Assembly (NCBI GenBank): GCA_950097015.1
Contig: CATNEN010000009.1
Coordinates: 496,001 to 560,000, forward strand
Length of the DNA stretch: 64,000 bases
Direction of reading: 5' to 3'
DNA from: Macrostomum hystrix
Taxonomy: Eukaryota; Animalia; Platyhelminthes
How positions within the stretch are numbered: the first letter of the stretch is position 1; each line of letters begins with the position of its first letter. Of the stretch, positions 55,335-64,000 are shown one piece after another. A program made the position numbers and the translations under genes. The notes beneath the pieces were generated by a model. It was not told the origin of the DNA. It saw only the letters and a program-made list of their open reading frames with translations, and did not search any database.

Positions 55335-56030
55335 TGATGACACAGTACTGATGACACAGTACTGATGACACAGTACTGATGACACAGTACTGATGACACA
55401 GTAACTGACGAAAGTCAGAAGCCAGTTTGCTGAATCAGAAGTTGAGCCCCTCAGTAGGCAGCCTACAATATGAAGCCAGTTTGCTGAATCAGAAGTTGAG
55501 CCCCTCAGTAGGCAGCCTACAATATGAAGCCAGTTTGCTGAATCAGAAGTTGAGCCCCTCAGTAGGCAGCCTACAATATGAAGCCAGTTTGCTGAATCAG
55601 AAGTTGAGCCCCGAATCAATTTCATAATTGATTGATGCAGTATACGTATCAATATCGTAGTCCGTACGTGTGTCTCAGAGCGTCAGCAAAAATACTTGAC
55701 AGTCTCAGAGCGGCAACAAAAATACTTGACAGTCTCAGAGTGTCAGCAAACATACTTGACAGTCTCAGAGCGTCAGCAAACATACTTGATAGCACAGATT
55801 CTATATTACAGGTAATATAGAATCTGTGCTTGATAGTCTAAGCGTCAGCAAACATACTTGACAGTCTCAGAGCGTCAGCAAACATACTTGACAGTCTCAG
55901 CGTCAGCGAACATACTTGACAGTCTCAGAGCGTCAGCAAACATACTTGACAGTCTCAGAGCGTCAGCAAACATACTTGACAGTCTCAGCGTCAGCGAACA
56001 TACTTGACAGTCTCAGCGTCAGCGAACATG
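55335..56030. repeat. Three adjacent short arrays: 14-bp (55335-55400), 54-bp (55418-55612) and 30-bp (55670-56030)
   Basis: GATGACACAGTACT x4-5; AAGCCAGTTTGCTGAATCAGAAGTTGAGCCCC... x3.5; CAGTCTCAGAGCGTCAGCAAACATACTTGA about x10. Confidence 0.9.
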
Positions 56031-56942
56031 GTTAAAACTTGAATTAGTTGAAGCTCGTATTGATGTTGCTTGCTGAAGTTTATGAAAATATAAAACACGT
56101 TTCGATCCGTTTTCCGTATTCTATTGAATTAACTTAGTCTACTGCTGTAGTTATAGAACTGCACGAATTTTTCAAAGGTAATATTTTCTCAGGTCTATCA
56201 GTGCAGTTAGCGAAGGATAATCAGGTGGAGTTAATGCAGACAGACCACACAGTAACCCATCTAATTTTCTCTTTTTGTGGCTTTGAGCACCTTAATTCGA
56301 GACAACGTGGCAAGACTTGGGTGATGAGTTTCGTCTGGCTAAGAAACCAAATTAACAACTGGATTAGCGGTTCCGTGGGCTCAAAGCCGCGTGTTGAAGA
56401 CTGTTCGATTAGGCGGATGAAGGGCGTCGGCGCTGACAATGAAGGTACGCTGAGTGCAGACCCTGGATTAGTCACGCCGCGAAGGCCTGTTTGGTCTGGA
56501 ATACTACTAGCACTTTCGGGCGCTTGCCATTGGACCGCAGATGCGATTGGATTGAGGCCTCCTTTCTCCTCTTGACACTGGGAGGCTGGCTGGAGTAAGA
56601 GAAGAGAGCAAGACGGACGAACGGGGATAAGGAACAGCTCATCTCGCCGTGCTCACACCGAATACTAATTGTTTGGTCCGCCTGTGTGAGCTGAGCCCGA
56701 AGCAGAGTGGATGCTGCTCAGGCCAGCTCGAAACACCTGACCAGGTAGCTCCTCTGTTCCTAACAGCGATTTTATTGCATGTTTCCAATCCTGTTCTAAT
56801 TCAGAATATCGACGGAGACTTCAAACTGGTCGCATCAGTGTCATAGCAGAGCCAGCCCATGAGCCGACCTCCAAGCGGCAGTAGCGGCTGAATAAGCAGT
56901 CCCCCCACTCCTGTACGTGGCAAGCCAAGCCGGAGATCCCGA

Positions 56943-61646
<4,704 letters not shown>

Positions 61647-63147
61647 TGAGACAGTGTGCTTGGCTGTGCTGAATGAGGGTGACTGGCTGGATGAGTGATT
61701 GCATGACCATATTCGTGAATGAGCTTTGATCACATGACAGTGTGGTTGACTGTGCTGAATAAGGGTGACTGGCTGGATGAGTGATTGCATGAACGGATTC
61801 GTGAATGAGCAATGACTGTTGATCACATGACAGGGTGGCTGAAGAGTGACGGCTTGGAACCAACTAGCAATAGTAAGAGTAAATGAGCGATGCGATGAGC
61901 AAATAGTGTCTGGATGAGCAAGCTACTCAGACTGTTTGAGCAGGCTCTCATTCACAGTCAGCTGAGCTGGGCATGGAGGGCTCCGCATTTCCCGCAAGGC
62001 AGAGCCGGTTCCGCTCCCAAGCGTCCTCACCGGCATTCCTCAGCAACCCGCCGCTCCCCCCAGGCCGGTTCAAACCGCTTCCCTGCTGTAAGTTGGCTAC
62101 CTGAGCTGCACTCACAGACCGCAGAATTGCCCTCCCACCCTCCCCGAGATATGGGATAATGGCAGCTGGCCTTCCCAGCCTCCTGTATTTTTCTTTCTCC
62201 CAACCTCCCTCTCTGTTCCCGAGTCTCCCAGTCCGCGGGATCATCTTCCTATTGCGGCCGCTTTGAGGAGCCGCAGCTCCGAGCCTGTCGGCTCCAGCTC
62301 AAACAGGACCTGCTCACATCGACCAACCGGAAGTTCGCCGGCACGGGCACGAGACAAAAAACCTCTGCGGGCTCTGCTCGACAGACTGGAGGGGGTGTCT
62401 GCTCCCCTTCCCTTCCTTCCCTGCCCTGTCGAACTATCGAGCTGCCACGCCCAAAAAGTGACTCGAACCGCCCACCTCACGAGATTTTCTCGTCCTTCGT
62501 CTCGTGAGCCAGCCTCCCCAAACTGCCGGCTCCCATGGGCTCCCCATGGCAGGTAATCACAGGCTCCCACAGATTGGACGGGTCACAAAAATGCGGCTTG
62601 TGAGCATCCGCGTGTCAGCCGCACAGCTAATAGCGGTTCCGAGCCAAGGGTGTTGCTAAAAATAGCATCAGCCCGTCAGCCCAGCTGCATGGGCCTCGAC
62701 GCTGTTGCCTCTGCGGCAGACGTCGCTGCTTCACACCTGTTGTGGGTCAGAACCTCATCCGGCGCCCTACAAGCCACACAATGAGACAGCCCTTATCCCT
62801 GCCGACGAGGAGGGGAATTGAAACACTGCAATGGGCGTTTCCCGACTCGCCCTGCATCCCCCAGCCAGGTCCCGTTTGAGGTTCTCGGCTCGCCTCTCAT
62901 TTTCGGCCGCACAACAAAGGCAATGACAGGGCAGGAAGCGGCCACGGAGCAGCAGGTGGCGGGGCAGCCACTTTCTAACTCAGCAGCGTCTCACGGGGCG
63001 GTCCCCTCCCAGTTGTGTGTGCGTCACCTGAGTGATTTCATGTGAGCAGTGCGTGAGCTCGGGCTGGTTCGTTTTAATTGGAACGGCTCCTATTTAAAAA
63101 GTACATACTCGGTTGCTGGATTTTTAAGTGCCAGCCTGTGTACTCAG

Positions 63148-63264
63148 TCAGGCCGAAAAATGCCAACTCCCCCATCCAATGCACCCGCACCGCAGAGGCC
63201 GGCCAACAATGGAGACACCGCCTGTTCGGAAAAATCCCCAGACTGCGGTTCGCTCACCTACCTG
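63148..63264 (+). CDS. Possible further TRPC exon (39 codons)
   Basis: Phase-0 TACTCAG acceptor and CTG|GTGAGT donor, open in the phase left by exon 4 (SGRKMPTPP...CGSLTYL). No recognisable motif. Confidence 0.4.
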
Positions 63265-63284
63265 GTGAGTTGGTCGGAGAGAGA

Positions 63285-64000
63285 TGGGACTCCGGGAGTG
63301 GGATGGGATTCTTGGAGTGGGATGCGATTCTGGGAGTGGGATGAGATTCTGGGAGTGGGATGGGATTCTGGGAGTGGGATGGGATTCTGGGAGTGGGATG
63401 AGATTCTGGGAGTTGGATGGGATTCTGGGAGTGGGATGATATTCTGGGAGTGGGATGGGATTCTGGGAGTTGGATGGGATTCTGGGAGTGGGATGGGATT
63501 CTGGGAGTGGGATGAGATTCTGGGAGTTGGATGGGATTCTGGGAGTGGGATGGGACTCTGGGAGTGGGATGGGATTCTGGGAGTGGGATGGGATTCTGGG
63601 AATGGGATGGGACTCTGGGAGTGGGATGGGACTCTGGGAGTGGGATGGGATTCTGGGAGTGGGATGGGATTCTGGGAGTAGGATGGGACTCTGGGAGTGG
63701 GATGGGACTCTGGGAGTGGGATGGGATTCTGGGAGTGGGATGGGATTCTGGGAATGGGATGGGACTCTGGGAGTGGGATGCGATTCTGGGAGTAGGATGG
63801 GATTCTGGGAGTGGGATGGGATTCTGGGAATGGGATGGGATTCTGGGAGTGGGATGGGATTCTGGGAGTGGGATAAGATTCTGGGAGTGGGATGAGATTC
63901 TGGGAGTGGGATGCGATTCTGGGAGTAGGATGGGACTCTGGGAGTGGGATGGGACTCTGGGAGTGGGATGGGACTCTGGGAATGGGATGAGATTCTGGGA
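63285..64000. repeat. 19-bp G-rich minisatellite, runs off the window
   Basis: CTGGGAGTGGGATGGGATT tandem, starting about 20 nt after the GTGAGT donor at 63265. Confidence 0.96.

Overview
This is intron-containing animal genomic DNA, not prokaryotic. GC-rich exons, AT-rich promoter islands and very dense minisatellites suggest a flatworm such as Macrostomum; that assignment is inference. Genes in order: a tandem cluster of secreted PAN/Apple + C-type-lectin genes (3 intact or partial, 1 pseudogene; 1-9.3 kb); a multi-exon coiled-coil gene (-); GABARAP/Atg8 (+); a Myb/SANT-like ORF; a 10-exon MFSD8-like MFS transporter (-); RPL24 (-); five box C/D snoRNA-like units (-); selenoprotein S with UGA-Sec and a candidate SECIS (-); a C2H2 zinc-finger gene (-); FoxJ2/3 (+); and a TRPC channel (+) that runs off the window. 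Mobile DNA includes a hAT-type MITE with a perfect 8-bp TSD and a 5'-inverted non-LTR RT relic. About 20 tandem arrays cover roughly a quarter to a third of the window and produce all of the very long low-complexity ORFs in the track. The most striking pattern is that at least four arrays, in three unrelated genes, are tandem amplifications of an exon-intron junction itself. Each unit carries a copy of the donor or acceptor plus adjacent exon sequence, so the gene must pick one of 12 to about 86 near-identical splice sites. Exon coordinates were derived by hand from GT/GC-AG sites and reading-frame continuity and need RNA confirmation.
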